The notes under the pieces: generated by a model
The model's database searches: none
Seen by the model: the letters and a program-made list of their open reading frames with translations, nothing else
Told to the model about the DNA's origin: nothing
In this document: in pieces, positions 12,903-25,900 of the stretch
Layout of the letters: the number at the start of each line of letters is the position of its first letter
Position numbering within the stretch: position 1 is the stretch's first letter
Source: Eledone cirrhosa
Lineage: Eukaryota
Assembly: GCA_964016885.1 (NCBI GenBank)
Contig: OZ024740.1
Coordinates: forward strand, 418,624,001 to 418,688,000
DNA: 64,000 nucleotides
Direction of reading: 5' to 3'
Position numbers and translations under genes: made by a program

Positions 12903-13365
12903 TCATCATCATCATCATCATCACCGTTTTACGTCCGTTCTTCCACGCTAGCATGGGTTAGCCGGGTTGTCCTGTTGTGGGCAGTGTCCAGTCGGCTGAC
13001 CTTGTCTTGCTCATACGGGAACTGATTTTGGATTGATTTCTACAGCTGGATGCCCTTCCTAACACCAACCTCATTTACAGTGAGTGCTGGGTGCTTTCTG
13101 CTATGGCGTCTACATGTCCACTTTACAGTGTGGGCTGGGTGCTTTTTTGCCATGGCACCTCCACGACCACTTTGCAGTGGAAAGGTGTGAGGGCATATTG
13201 TCTATATGCTTCAGCTTCGACTTGTACCCGTGGGAAGTCGGGTCTTCTGTATTACTGTGTGACGCCAGAGATCACGACCGTGTGTTATCGCCCTTGAGAG
13301 GTGTAATTGGGTAAGGTCACCTTTTATCACCTCATCCCAGGTCTTCTTGGGTCTCCCCACTCTGT
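12903..13365 (-). mobile_element. RTE LINE 3' end with (GAT)n tail
   Basis: Same 3' UTR as 62880-63320. Related tail copies occur at about 19850-20040, 22140-22655, 31860-32240, 52780-52920 and 61000-61180. Confidence 0.8.
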
Positions 13366-13381
13366 GGCTTAAATATATGTG

Positions 13382-13429
<48 letters not shown>

Positions 13430-13520
13430 TATTTATCTTTACCAATGAAAAAGTCAGCATTGTGTCAAAACAGTGTGATTTAAAAATTTGAAAAATTTAA
13501 ATCAATAAAATAGGAACCAA

Positions 13521-14489
13521 ACTGAGATAAATACAATTGTATATAGAAATCTTTGAAGTGACTGCCCCAGCATGGCCAAAGTCTAAATAAGTACTGAGGT
13601 TGATACAATTGTATATAGAAATCTTTGAAGTGACTGCCCCAGCATGGCCAAAGTCTAAATAAGTACTGAGGTTGATATAATTGTATATAGAAATCTTTGA
13701 AGTGACTGCCCCAGCATGGCCAAAGTCTAAATAAGAACTGAGGTTGATATAATTGTATATAGAAATCTTTGAAGTGACTGCCCCAGCATGGCCAGTCTAA
13801 ATAAGAACTGAGGTTGATATAATTGTATATAGAAATCCTTGAAGTGACTGCCCCAGCATGGCCAAAGTCTAAATAAGAACTGAGGTTGATATAATTGTAT
13901 ATAGAAATCTTTGAAGTGACTGCCCCAGCATGGCCAAAGTCTAAATAAGAACTGAGGTTGATACAATTGTATATAGAAATCTTTGAAGTGACAGCCCCAG
14001 CATGGCCAAAGTCTAAATAAGTACTGAGGTTGATATAATTGTATATAGAAATCTTTGAAGTGACTGCCCCAGCATGGCCAAAGTCTAAATAAGTACTGAG
14101 GTTGATATAATTGTATATAGAAATCTTTGAAGTGACTGCCCCAGCATGGCCAAAGTCTAAATAAGTACTGAGGTTGATATAATTGTATATAGAAATCTTT
14201 GAAGTGACTGCCCCAGCATGGCCAAAGTCTAAATAAGTACTGAGGTTGATATAATTGTATATAGAAATCTTTGAAGTGACTGCCCCAGCATGGCCAAAGT
14301 CTAAATAAGAACTGAGGTTGATATAATTGTATATAGAAATCCTTGAAGTGACTGCCCCAGCATGGCCAGTCTAAATAAGTTCTGAGGTTGATATAATTGT
14401 ATATAGAAATCCTTGAAGTGACTGCCCAGCATGGACAAAGTCTAAATAAGAACTGAGGTTGATACAATTGTATATAGAAATCTTTGAAG
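13521..14489. repeat. 60-bp tandem minisatellite, left block (about 16 units)
   Basis: Unit GAAATCTTTGAAGTGACTGCCCCAGCATGGCCAAAGTCTAAATAAGWACTGAGGTTGATAYAATTGTATATA. Confidence 0.97.
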
Positions 14490-17487
14490 ACACTGGTTGC
14501 TTTTCGATATGATGGATGGACTACGGAATTCTGGAGAGTTGAAGAGAGAAAAATGTGGACGCTCAGCGACAATGCCAAAGATAAAGACAAATTCACCTCG
14601 TGGACGAGAATGCAAGCACTCCGCCTTGTTTCGGCCCAGGATGGCTAACATAACCCCCCCCCCCCCACACCCCCGCGCCCCACCGCTCCCACCCTCCAAA
14701 CGCAATCCAAAACTTCAGAGTTGGTACCATGAATGTAGGCACCTTAAAGGGTCGCTCTAACGAGGTTGTAGAAATGCTTGAACGTAAGGAGGTCGATATT
14801 TGTTGTATTCAAGAGACCAGGTGGAGGGGAGGGTCGGCTAGATTCATCGTGGGTAAAGAACGATGCTATAAGCTTTTCTGGGTGAGAAATGACAATGGGT
14901 TGGGTGGGGTAGGAATCATGGTAGCAGAAAAGTGGGCAGATAAGATAATAGACGTAAATAGAGTGAACGACAGAATAATTAAAATAAGACTTGTCCTCAA
15001 TAAAACTACGGTGACAGTAATATCTGCGTACGCACCACAATCCGGACTGCCCGGTGCTATAAAAGACAGATTCTACGAGACACTGATGCTCGCTACCTCC
15101 CAAATAACCGACAGTGACTATATAGTTATTGCAGGCGACCTAAATGGTCACGTTGGACAACATTGTGACGGCTATGACGGAATCTATGGAGGCTATGGGT
15201 TCGGTACTAGAAATGAGGAAGGCTCCAGAATCCTGGAATTCTGCGACGCAAATAACTTAACTATCTGTAACACTAACTTCAAAAAACGAGACAATCACTT
15301 GATCACCTATAGATCGGGGGAACACACAAGCCAGGTAGATTATATCCTTACCAGAAGACGTGACAGAGTGTCTGTTGTTAACACTAAATCCCTCCCCCAT
15401 GAAGAATTCACCTCCCAACATAGACTGATAATTAGCGACCTCATAGTCAGGACGAGACGTACTAGACAGCAGAAGAGGACTATCCTCAGGAGAAAAATAT
15501 GGAAGCTAAAGGACCCCATAGCCAGAAATAAATTTCAAAGCATATTACTTGACGCTTTCGACAGTAAGGAAGAGCAATTAGAGTCGTATAATATAGAGGA
15601 ACAGTGGGAATTCCTGAGAGCAAACCTGCTGACGGCGGCAGACGAAGTCTGTGGCTGGAGCAGGCCTGTAGGTAGGAGGAGAGTAACATGGTGGTGGAAC
15701 AGTAAGGTGGAGGAGTCAATTAAGGCAAAAAAGCAGGCTTGGAAAGCATGGCGGGATGGGGGAAGTAGAGAAGACTATCAAGTGGCCAGGAGGGAAGCTA
15801 GGAGACAAGTGTATTTCGCAAGAAGGGAAGCAGAGGAAAGAAAGTTCAAGCATGTTCTACAACGTGAGGACCAAAAACGTGAGGTGTTCAGGATTGCCAG
15901 GCAATGTGTCAAGGAAAACTGTGATATTGTCGGGGAGAAGTGTGTACTTAACGATGATGGCATACTTGCCATCACCGACGCTGATAAGAAGGTAGCTTGG
16001 AAGTGTCACTACGAAAGGCTTCTAAATGAGAAGAACAAATGGGAGAAAGACAGTCTCCCCCACATCGACCCAATAGAGGGACCAGCAGTGTTAGTCCAGG
16101 GTAGTACAATAAGCAAGGCAATCAAAGATATGAAGACGGGTAAGGCGGCTGGTCCTTCGGAAATAGTTGCTGAGATGCTGAAGGCATCTGGTTCGGTGGG
16201 ACACACCATGGTCACCCGGATAGTTAACCAAGTCGTACAGAATGGGGTTGTTCCGAAGGACTGGCATAGCAGCATCATCGTTAACTGCTATAAGGGAAAA
16301 GGAGATGCCCTAGATAGGAGTAACTATAGAGGCATTAAATTAATCGACCAGGTCATGAAGGTCACGGAAAAAGTAATAGCGCAACTAATCAGAGAGAGAA
16401 TTGATCTAGTGAAATGCAGTTCGGATTTGTGTCAGGCAAAAGTACCACAGACGCTCTTTTCATTGTACGACAACTACAGTAGAAGTACCTAGCTAAAAGT
16501 AAACCCCTATACTTAGCTGTCGTCGACTTGGAGAAAGCCTTCGACAGAGTCCCCCGTTCCATTATCTGGTGGTCTCTTAGAAAACTAGGTGTTGACGAAT
16601 GGCTTGTGAGAGCTATACAAGCCATGTATAAAGAAACAGTCAGTAAGGTTAGAATTAACAACGAATATAGTGAAGAGTTTAGCGTAAAAGTTGGTGTCCA
16701 TCAGGGCTCTGTTCTTAGCCCCCTACTATTTATTATTGCCCTTCAGGCTATAACAGAGGAGTTCAAGACCAGCTGCCCATGGGAACTCCTATACGCAGAT
16801 GATCTAACGCTCATAGCTGAATCAATGACCGAACTAGAGAAGAAATTCCAAACATGGAAGCACGGCCTAGAATCAAAAGGCCTTAAAATTAACCTGGCTA
16901 AGACTAAAGTTCTAGTTTGTAGGAAAGAAAATAAGGCGGCAGTCCCATCTGGGAAATGGCCATGCTCAGTGTGTAGGAAAGGCGTAGGTAGAAACTCCGT
17001 TTTATGTCCCAAATGCAAAGTATGGGTGCATAAAAGATGTAGTGGGATCACAGGTAAGCTAACTAAGAACATAGATTTTACATGTGGCCGGTGCTCTGGT
17101 ACAATAAGTAGCAGCAAGTGCCCACAAAATACTAGCTCCTTCAACTGCGCAGAGGGTTCTATAGAAATAGTGGACAGCTTCCGTTACCTGGGTGACAAAA
17201 TCAGCAGTGGGGGAGGGTGCTCTGAAAGTACAGTAGCTAGAGTCAGAACTGGATGGAAAAAGTTCAGAGAGCTTATACCACTATTAGCCGCTAGAGGGTT
17301 CTCCCTAAAAATGAAAGGCAGGTTATACGATGCCTGCATACGAACAGCAATGCTGCATGGCAGTGAGACCTGGGCATTGTGTGCAGAGGATATACGCAGA
17401 CTAGAGAGGAACGAAGCTTGCAAGCTCCGCTGGATGTGCAATAGTAATATACGTGAACGGCAAAGCATAAACGAACTAAGGAAAAAA
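14490..17487 (+). mobile_element. RTE-clade LINE (APE endonuclease, RT, PHD-like finger); 3' end missing, disrupted
   Basis: APE motifs NVGTL, CIQETRW, AYAPQ, GDLNGHVG, VDYIL, SQHRL. RT motifs GVHQGSVLSP and YADDL. Frameshift near 16410 and a TAG near 16480. Confidence 0.93.
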
Positions 17488-18489
17488 GGTTAATTTTAAG
17501 GCCTTTTGATTCTAGGCCGTGCTTCCATGTTTGGAATTTCTTCTCTAGCTCGGCCATTGATTCAGCTATGAGTGTTAGGTCATCTGCGTATAGGAGTTCC
17601 CATGGGCAGCCGGTCTTGAACTCCTCTGTTATAGCCTGAAGGGCAATAATAAATAGTAGGGGGCTGAGAACAGAGCCCTGATGGACGCCAACTTTTACGC
17701 TAAACTCTTCACTATATTCGTTGTTAATTCTAACCTTGCTGACTGTTTCTTTATACATGGCTTGTATAGCTCTCACAAGCCATTCGTCAACACCTAGTTT
17801 TCTAAGAGCCCACCAGATAATGGAACGGGGACTCTGTCGAAGGCTTTCTCCAAGTCGACAAAAGCTAAGTATAGGGGTTTACTTTTAGCTAGGTACTTCT
17901 CCTGTAGTTGTCGTACAATGAAAAGAGCGTCTGTGGTACTTTTGCCTGACACAAACCCGAACTGCATTTCATCTAGATCAATTCTCTCTCTGATTAGTTG
18001 CGCTATTACTTTTTCCGTGACCTTCATGACCTGGTCGATTAATTTAATGCCTCTATAGTTACTCCTATCTAGGGCATCTCCTTTACCCTTATAACAGTTA
18101 ACGATGATGCTGCTACACCAGTCCTTCGGAACAACCCCATTCTGTACGACTTGGTTAACTATCCGGGTGACCATGGTGTGTCCCACCGTACCAGATGCCT
18201 TCAGCATCTCAGCAACTATTTCCGAAGGCCCAGCCGCCTTACCCGTCTTCATATCTTTGATTGCCTTACTTATTATACTACCCTCGACTAACACTGCTGG
18301 TCCCTCTATTGGGTCGATGTGGGGGAGACTGTCTTTCTCCCATTTATTCTCCTCATTTAGAAGCCTTTCGTAGTGACACTTCCAAGCTACCTTCTTATCA
18401 GCGTCGGTGATGGCAAGTATGCCGTCATCATTAAGTACACACTTCTCCCCGACAATATCACGGTTTTCCTTGACACATTGCCTAGCAAT
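17487..18489 (-). mobile_element. Inverted internal fragment of the same RTE family (RT core)
   Basis: Reverse-complement match to 15893-16895 with scattered substitutions and different inactivating lesions. Confidence 0.93.
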
Positions 18490-18832
18490 TGTATATAGAA
18501 ATCTTTAAAGTGACTGCCCCAGCATGGCCAGTCTAAATAAGAACTGAGGTTGATATAATTGTATATAGAAATCTTTGATGTGACTGTCCCAGCATGGCCA
18601 AAGTCTAAATAAGAACTGAGGTTGATATAATTGTATATAGAAATCCTTGAAGTGACTGCCCCAGCATGGCCAGTCTAAATAAATTCTGAGGTTGATACAA
18701 TTGTATATAGAAATCCTTGAAGTGACTGCCCCAGCATGGCCAAAGTCTAAATAAGAACTGAGGTTGATACAATTGTATATAGAAATCTTTGAAGTGACTG
18801 CCCCTGCATGGACAAAGCCCAAAGACTGAAAC
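18486..18832. repeat. 60-bp tandem minisatellite, right block (about 5-6 units)
   Basis: Same unit and orientation as 13521-14489. Confidence 0.96.
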
Positions 18833-18874
18833 CATTAAAATATAAAAAAAACAATAAGTTCAGTAAATACTTAC

Positions 18875-18964
18875 CGTTTATTTGGGTCATACATGAAGAG
18901 GAAATTGAGAAGACGTATCCCAGCTTCAGAGAGCCAAGGAAATGTATGTCGGAGATTATTGTAG
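18875..18964 (-). CDS. CDK10: CDK10 coding exon 12
   Basis: 90 bp, [29 protein letters not shown](R), AG/GT flanked. Confidence 0.95.
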
Positions 18965-19359
18965 CTGGAAATGGGAAAATAAACAAATTAAAATAATTTA
19001 AGATATATTTTAAAACAATAACCAATATATGGTGCTACATCTGCTCTCCTTAAATCCTCGATTTGCTACCTTCCCTTTTATTTAAATCACTTTCATTCAC
19101 CTTCACTGCTAGATGCTACCCACATTAAAAAAAGTGGGATGCTCACCCATGCACCCCCATAGTCACTTCACAAGGCTGTTCACACAAAGAGAGATACCTT
19201 TAGTCATGTACATCATCATCATCACCGCTTAATGTCTATTTTCCATGCTTGTATGTGTTAGATGGATTGTTACATTATGAAGTTAGCCAAGTCAGGTGAC
19301 CATGTCTTACTCATACACGTTTTGGGGCTTGGCTTCTACCAATCTTGGTTGCTAATACC

Positions 19360-19546
19360 TGTTTCTACTATTGGCACAAGGCCAGCAATTACCCACTACA
19401 TTACTGGTACTTTATTTTATCGACCTCGTAAGGATGAAAGGCAAAGTTAACCTCGGCGGGATTTGAACTCAGAATGGCAAGGGCCGTAACTCTATGCGTC
19501 AAAGCATGACGTCCGACCCGCTACCGATACTGCCAATCCACTGCCC
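19360..19546 (-). mobile_element. tRNA-derived SINE, family A
   Basis: Head GGCRGTGGATTGGCAGTATCGGTAG, B-box GAGTTCAAATCC, central GCCTTTCATCCTTACGRGGTCGATAAAATAAAGTACCAG (resembles the MetaSINE core, from memory). Confidence 0.8.
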
Positions 19547-20108
19547 TAATACCTTGGTTGCTAATACCAACCACATCAATTTTATGATTATTCTTCTCTT
19601 CCCCATTCCTGCCTCACTCTGAGCTAACACCCAACACTCCCTCTCCTCAAAGTCACTACCCAACACTTTGTCCCTCTCTTTATCAAACATGTAGCTGTCA
19701 CTATTTCTCCTACACTGCTACATTCATCAAACTCTTATTTTCCCCTTCCATCACTGCCTCTCTCTGCCCTGCTGAGGACACAATGATCACACTGGTGTTG
19801 ATGCTATCATAAAATGCACTCACTACATTTTGATAAATGTTAATGCTGGTGCCACAATGAAATGCACCTAGTACTATCTGTAAAGTGGTTGGCATTAGGA
19901 AGAACATCTAGCCATAGAAACCATGCCAAATTGGTACATGTGAGCAAGGCATGCTCTCCCGACCTGCTAATCTTAGACTGTAATAGCCCATCCAACCCAT
20001 GACAACATAGAAAACAGACATAAAACAATGACGATGACATAATATTCTTTGGGGATCCTACATTCAGTTTTATACTAATTAGGATAAAATTTACAAAATT
20101 GAACTCAC

Positions 20109-20158
20109 GGTTGATTTTTTAAAGTAAAATGTTCAAGAGCTGGCAATTTGGACATTCC
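20109..20158 (-). CDS. CDK10: CDK10 coding exon 11
   Basis: 50 bp, GMSKLPALEHFTLKNQ(P), AG/GT flanked. Confidence 0.93.
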
Positions 20159-20639
20159 CTGGTAACAAAATAAATATATATGGAATATTAAAATATAATA
20201 TACGAGTGGAAAGAGAGAGAAAAAAACAAAGGAGAATGTTGGAGGGAGATGTGGCTCTTAAATAAATTAGCTTGCTTATTAAAAAGCAAATAAAACTTTT
20301 CTATCTATATTTTCTTAATTTAACCCTTTAGCATTTAAACCGACCATATCCAGCTAGAATTCTCTCACTACTTTCTGTTCAAATCGGCTGTAACCAGCTT
20401 CTCATACTGATGTTAAAGTACTGTTCTCAAAATAAACTATATCAAAACCTCATAGATTCGATGTTATGTGAGGTAAAGCCTTTACTGTGAAAATATATAC
20501 TGATTTTGTGTTGTTTAAATTTGAATATATTTCATTCATTTTTCTGTGCAAGCTTGAATTTAAGAATTCTGAAAAATTGGATATTTTATTTGGATATGAA
20601 ATACAGAACGAAATGTTTTATAGCTGTATCTGTCATGAG

Positions 20640-21090
20640 TCACTATGCTCTTCCATCTTTCTCTGACAAGGGTTGGTGCTTGAAATCAGATTGTCACACC
20701 TGCACAGGTCATCTTTTAGGGTGGATCTCCAAGGTTTTCTTTGGTTTACCCTTTGCTCTTTTCTCACCAGCTGGCAACCAAGATATTGCAGTTCCTGCTG
20801 TTATATTATCCATCTCCAGGTCTTCTTTGGTCTTTTCCCACCAGCTGGCAACCATGACATTACAGCTCTTACTGGTATATTGTCTCCTAGGATATGCCTT
20901 GCTAACTGCATTCTTCCGATCGATGACAAAACTCAAGCATGTGGCATTGGCTCTTTGAAGCACATCTATTGTGATTTTGTCTTGCCATCTAATGCCCGGG
21001 ATCTTTCAGAGATATCTTGGTTGGAAAGTATCAAGCTGTTTTTCAGTTCTAGCAGTACTCTTCCATGTGTCAGCAGCACAAGTTGTTAAG
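20640..21090 (-). mobile_element. Degenerate RTE-like LINE 3' fragment
   Basis: Remnants IPGIRWQDKIT and WLPAGEKRAKGKPKKT, with stops and frameshifts. Confidence 0.55.
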
Positions 21091-21861
21091 ATAGCAATAT
21101 ACAACACCCTCAATAGCTATAGACTATTTTGTATGGTAATCAACAAAAAGAGATGGAAGACATATCTATCTTAATGTATATCCAAATGTTTGGATTTGAC
21201 AAGTTCAAACAATCCATGGTGCCATAAAAATGAATGTAACATTGGAAACAAAATCTGGGTATAAAAATTATACAGAAAAAGTATGTAAATATTGCAGAGA
21301 TGAAAGATATCTCTACCTGGCTCTAGACAAGTTTGTAGCTTTTCATTTTAGGAGAGGACCCCTCAATCATGTCAAAGACATGACAACCTCCCTAGTGTTG
21401 GTGATCTACATGATAAATACACCCAGTACATGCTGTAAAGTGGTTGGTGTTAGGAAGGGGATCCAGCTATAGAAAACTTGCCAACCAAAGGTTTGGGAGG
21501 ACCCATGGTGATGTCAAAGACATGACAACTTCTCCTGTGCACTCAATGGAACATGAGACCGTACATAAGCACAACACAGACCCCTGGCCTGTCTGGAAGA
21601 TCAGTAGCTCCATTTCAGTACTGACTTGGTCTATGTAGATAAAAGATCATTATAATGTCATATATTATTAGATGAGGTGAAATCTAGTCTTCTTGCTTTC
21701 ATACTGTTTCTTTCTCTCTCTCTATCTCTGTATACACACTATGTATGTACATACACAGATACTTACAGGCATTACACAGTATATACTTACTTACATACAT
21801 ACATACAAACACACACACACATACATAGTTAGGCACAAAACAATAATTCCTCCTGACTTAC

Positions 21862-21985
21862 TGGCCAGATGGCATCATTTGGTGTTCCAAACATTTCAAT
21901 AATAAGTTCTATTTCATGTATTTCTCCTCTTCCCGGTAAGAGAGGTCGATGTGCCAGTAACTCACCAAAGATACAACCAACAGAC
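21862..21985 (-). CDS. CDK10: CDK10 coding exon 10
   Basis: 124 bp, (W)[41 protein letters not shown]. Confidence 0.96.
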
Positions 21986-22931
21986 CTACAAAATAACCAT
22001 CAATTATATTATATATCACACAGCTGTATACAAGAGTTCTAGTTGTAAAATTAAACAAAAGAAATATAAGCATCTGAAAGAAGGTTTTTTTTTAGCAGTA
22101 GCAAAAGAAGTGAATTGATTTTAACTAAATGTAGACATGACAAATAAGTACCCAGTCCACCTTGTAAGGTAGTCATTTTGACATGATAGAAGGCACCCGG
22201 TCTGCCATGTAAAGTGGTCATGATAGTGGCATGACCAAAGCACCTAGGCCATACTATAAAGTGGTCATTTTGGTGACATGACAATAAACACCCTGTTCAC
22301 TGTAAAAAGGTCATGTTGGTGACGCAACAAAAAATGCCCAGTCAATGCTGTAAGGTAGTCGTGTTGGTCATACAACAAAAAGCGCCCAGTCCACAATAAA
22401 GTGATCATGTTGGGGACATGACAAAAAGCGCCCAGTCCACAGTAAAGTGATTGTGTTGATGCCACAATAAAAAGCATCCAGTCCACACTGTAACTGTGGT
22501 TGGTGTTAAGAAGGGCATCCAGCTATAGAAACCAAGCGAAAATACAGATCTGTATGAGCAAGACAGTCATCTGACCTAGCCTATCTCACAACAGGACAAC
22601 TCATCTAACCCATGTTAGCATGGAAAAATAAACATTAAACAATGATGATGATGATTTTATATCACACAGCTTTATACAAGTGTTCTAGTTGTAAAATTAT
22701 ACAAAAGAACTACAAGAATCTGAAAGAATGCTGTTGTTTATTAATGAAGCATGAGATAGAGCTGTCTGGATTAGTTCAATGTTGATTTACAAACTGGAAG
22801 TTCACGTTTTACTACTAATATTGTATTGTATCTATGACAAAAATACACCCACTTGTAAATAGATATCATATGTAGATATAGTACTATTGTGATGTTAGTA
22901 GTAAGGAAATAAGAATACCTATATGTGGTCT

Positions 22932-25900
22932 GTCCTGGGTATGACATTAAACTACATCCAGTGGCAAGGCTCCAGTTCGGGAGTTCAGGAGATGTGGGGA
23001 ATGTGGAGTTACCCCTTAGTTGTCATGACTCCCAGGTCTGCCCTGGCCCGGGGTGGTAGTACCTGTTAGGGCTCCATTTATGGGTTAAATAACTACCTTA
23101 TTCGAGTGGCGTCGGTAAGGTATTGTCAGCCATTGAAAAGAAATATGGAGAGTCGATCTAACAGCACTAGGGTTAGAGCCCCTAATTACACTGTCAAGGA
23201 GCAGCCTGGTCGTTATGACTCTGCTGGCTTAGAGCCACAGAGAGGGCCAGTGGATGATGGATCAGCTGTCTCTGAGACAAATATAAAGAATGCAGTTTTG
23301 TCCTGCAGAAGAGCCATCAAAATGGGCACTTTGAATGTGAGGACTATTCGAACGCTGGAGAAGAGGGAGGAGTTGGGACATCTGTTCGAGGAGAGTGGTA
23401 TACAGATACTTGCGATCCAAGAACACAGGATTCTACACGATGAGCCCGTGAGGAGTGTGATGATCGGGAGGAAGAGCCAGCTCATCACTACATCGGCAGT
23501 GAAGAACACAACAAATGCTGCAGTGGGAGGAGTGGGTTTTGTGTTCAGTGCAAAAACCAATCTGTTGGTGAGGGAAATAATGCCTATCTCCCCGCGAGTG
23601 TTGAGGGTGACCTTCAATGGAAACCCAAGACTGACAGTCATCTCAGCCTATAGTCCAACCGAGGGGGACAGTGATGTGAATGCCGAGGAGTTCCATGAGG
23701 AGGTGTGTAGGGCTGTCAACACCACTCAGGCACACAATATCCTGCTTGTTTTGGGGGACTTCAATGCACATCTGAGTAAGGCGGGCAGTGAAGATCCTTG
23801 CTGGTACTTCCATAACAACACCAACCGAAATGGAAGACTACTGAGAGACACCCTGCTGGAGGCGAACTTGATGGCGACCAACCTAGGGTTTAGGAAGAAT
23901 CTGGGGAAGATGTGGACCTACATCTCAGATATGCACCTGTCCAAGTCCCAGATTGATTTCATTCTGGTGAGGAAAAAGTGGCGGAATAGTGTTCTGAACA
24001 CGGAACCATACAGCTATTTCAGTACACTGGGTAGTGACCACCGGCTTGTTATGAGTGAGGTCCGCGTGAGCTTAAGAAAGAGCAAGGCTCAGCCCCGGAG
24101 AACAATCTATGATTGGGGAGCTTTCAAGGAAGATGATAAGCTACAGGAGAGGTTCACAGTGGAAGTGAGAAACAGGTTTAGTGCTCTGTGTGGAGAGTCA
24201 GAGGAGAGAGAGATTGGATGGACTGAGGAGAGTGTGACGAGGAGGTACGGGCACTTCACCAATGCAGTGGCGAAAGCAAGTGAAACCCTGGTGCCGAGGA
24301 AAAAGAACAAAGGGAAGCACGTCAGCTCTGCAAACCCAAAAGTGTGTGCAGCCAGAGAACACCTGAAAGTTGCCAGGGACCAATTCTATGCTGATCCTAC
24401 GGAGGAGAGGATGGAGACTGGAGGTGATGAGGGAAGAGCTCTGTACCGCTTACACTGAGGTCAGAGAGGAGGCACTGATAGAGAAGATCAGAAGTGTGGA
24501 GAGAGCGGTTGACAGATCTGGATGTAAGGAGAGCTGGATGATCATCAACGAGATCACAGGGAGGAAGAAAAGGTGTTCGAGTCAGATCCAGGGAACGGGG
24601 CCTGAGGATAGGAAGAGGAAATGGCTAGACCATTTTAGGACCCTACTAGAAGAGGCCCCCTCCACAGCCCAGAGCACTGGGGAGATCAGGCGGCTGTTTG
24701 AGGAACTGGATGTTGAGACAGAGCCCTTCACCAGAGAGGAGCTTCAGAGAGCCAAGAAGAAGATCAAGGAGGGCAAGGCTCATGGAGAAGATGGAGTGGC
24801 ATCAGAGGTGATGAAGAGGTGTGATTTTGATGATATCATCCTGGGGTTCTGTAACGGGGCACTGGAGAAAGGAGTTGCCCCGAATCAGTGGAGGATCAGT
24901 AGCATCGTCCCAGTGCCAAAGAAGGGAGATCTCTCTAACACCAACAACTACCGGGGGATCTCACTGACGTCACTTGTGGCAAAGACCCTCAACAGGATGA
25001 TTCTTAACAGGATCCAGCCTGAGATGGAGAAGAAGCTCAGGGACAACCAGAACAGCTTCAGAGAGGGTAGATCAACCACCAGTCACATCCTGATGCTGAG
25101 GAGGATATTAGAGGGAGCTAGAGCAAAGTGCCTTCCTGCGGTCATGGTTTTCATTGACTTTAGGAAGGCCTTTGATTCTGTGGACCGTTACTGCCTGATG
25201 AAGATCTTACAGGCTTATGGAATCCCCAAGAGGATAGTGGACCTGATATCACTGCTCTACACCAACACCAAAGCCCAAGTCATTACACCTGATGGGATGA
25301 CAGAGTTCTTTGAGATACTGGCTGGAGTGCTCCAGGGAGATACATTGGCTCCCTACCTTTTTATCATCGTAGTGGACTATTGTATGCGCCTTGCACTGGA
25401 GAAACACCAGGACACTGGCTTTACTGTAGCACCGGCTCAGAGCAGGAGAGTTGGGGCGAAAAAGGTATCGGATGCTGAATTTGCCGACGACATAGTTTTG
25501 GTGACAAATACAGTGACGGAGGCAGAGGATTTGATGCGGGAGGTTGAGACTGTGTCGATGAGTGTGGGGCTGAGAATGAATGAGACTAAAACAAAATATC
25601 TGGTAGAGAATGTTGAGAAGCCAGAGGGGATCACTAATGTAGGCGGGAAGCCGCTGGAATTGGTTGAGGACTTCCTGTATTTGGGAGCAAAGATTGGGAA
25701 TACGGAAGATGATGTGGTTGAGAGGAAGAGCAAGGCCTGGGCGGCGTGTCACAGCTTGAGATCGGTGTGGAAGTCGGACCTTCGTGGAGACCTGAAAATC
25801 CGCCTCTTCATTGCTGTAGTGGAGTCTGTGCTGCTGTATGGGTCTGAGACTTGGACACTGACCAAGAGACTCACTCAGATGGTGGATGGGTGCTACACGA

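Noticed and set aside
13727-14596. 289-aa repetitive ORF on the CDK10 strand
   Set aside because: The 60-bp unit is a multiple of 3, so an open frame is expected. It is intronic and CDK10 is complete without it.
14525-14660. Possible HDV-like ribozyme in the RTE 5' UTR (TTCACCTCGTGGA...GGCTAA)
   Set aside because: It resembles L3 and J4/2, but I could not build a convincing P2 or P1.1 by eye. It needs a descriptor search.
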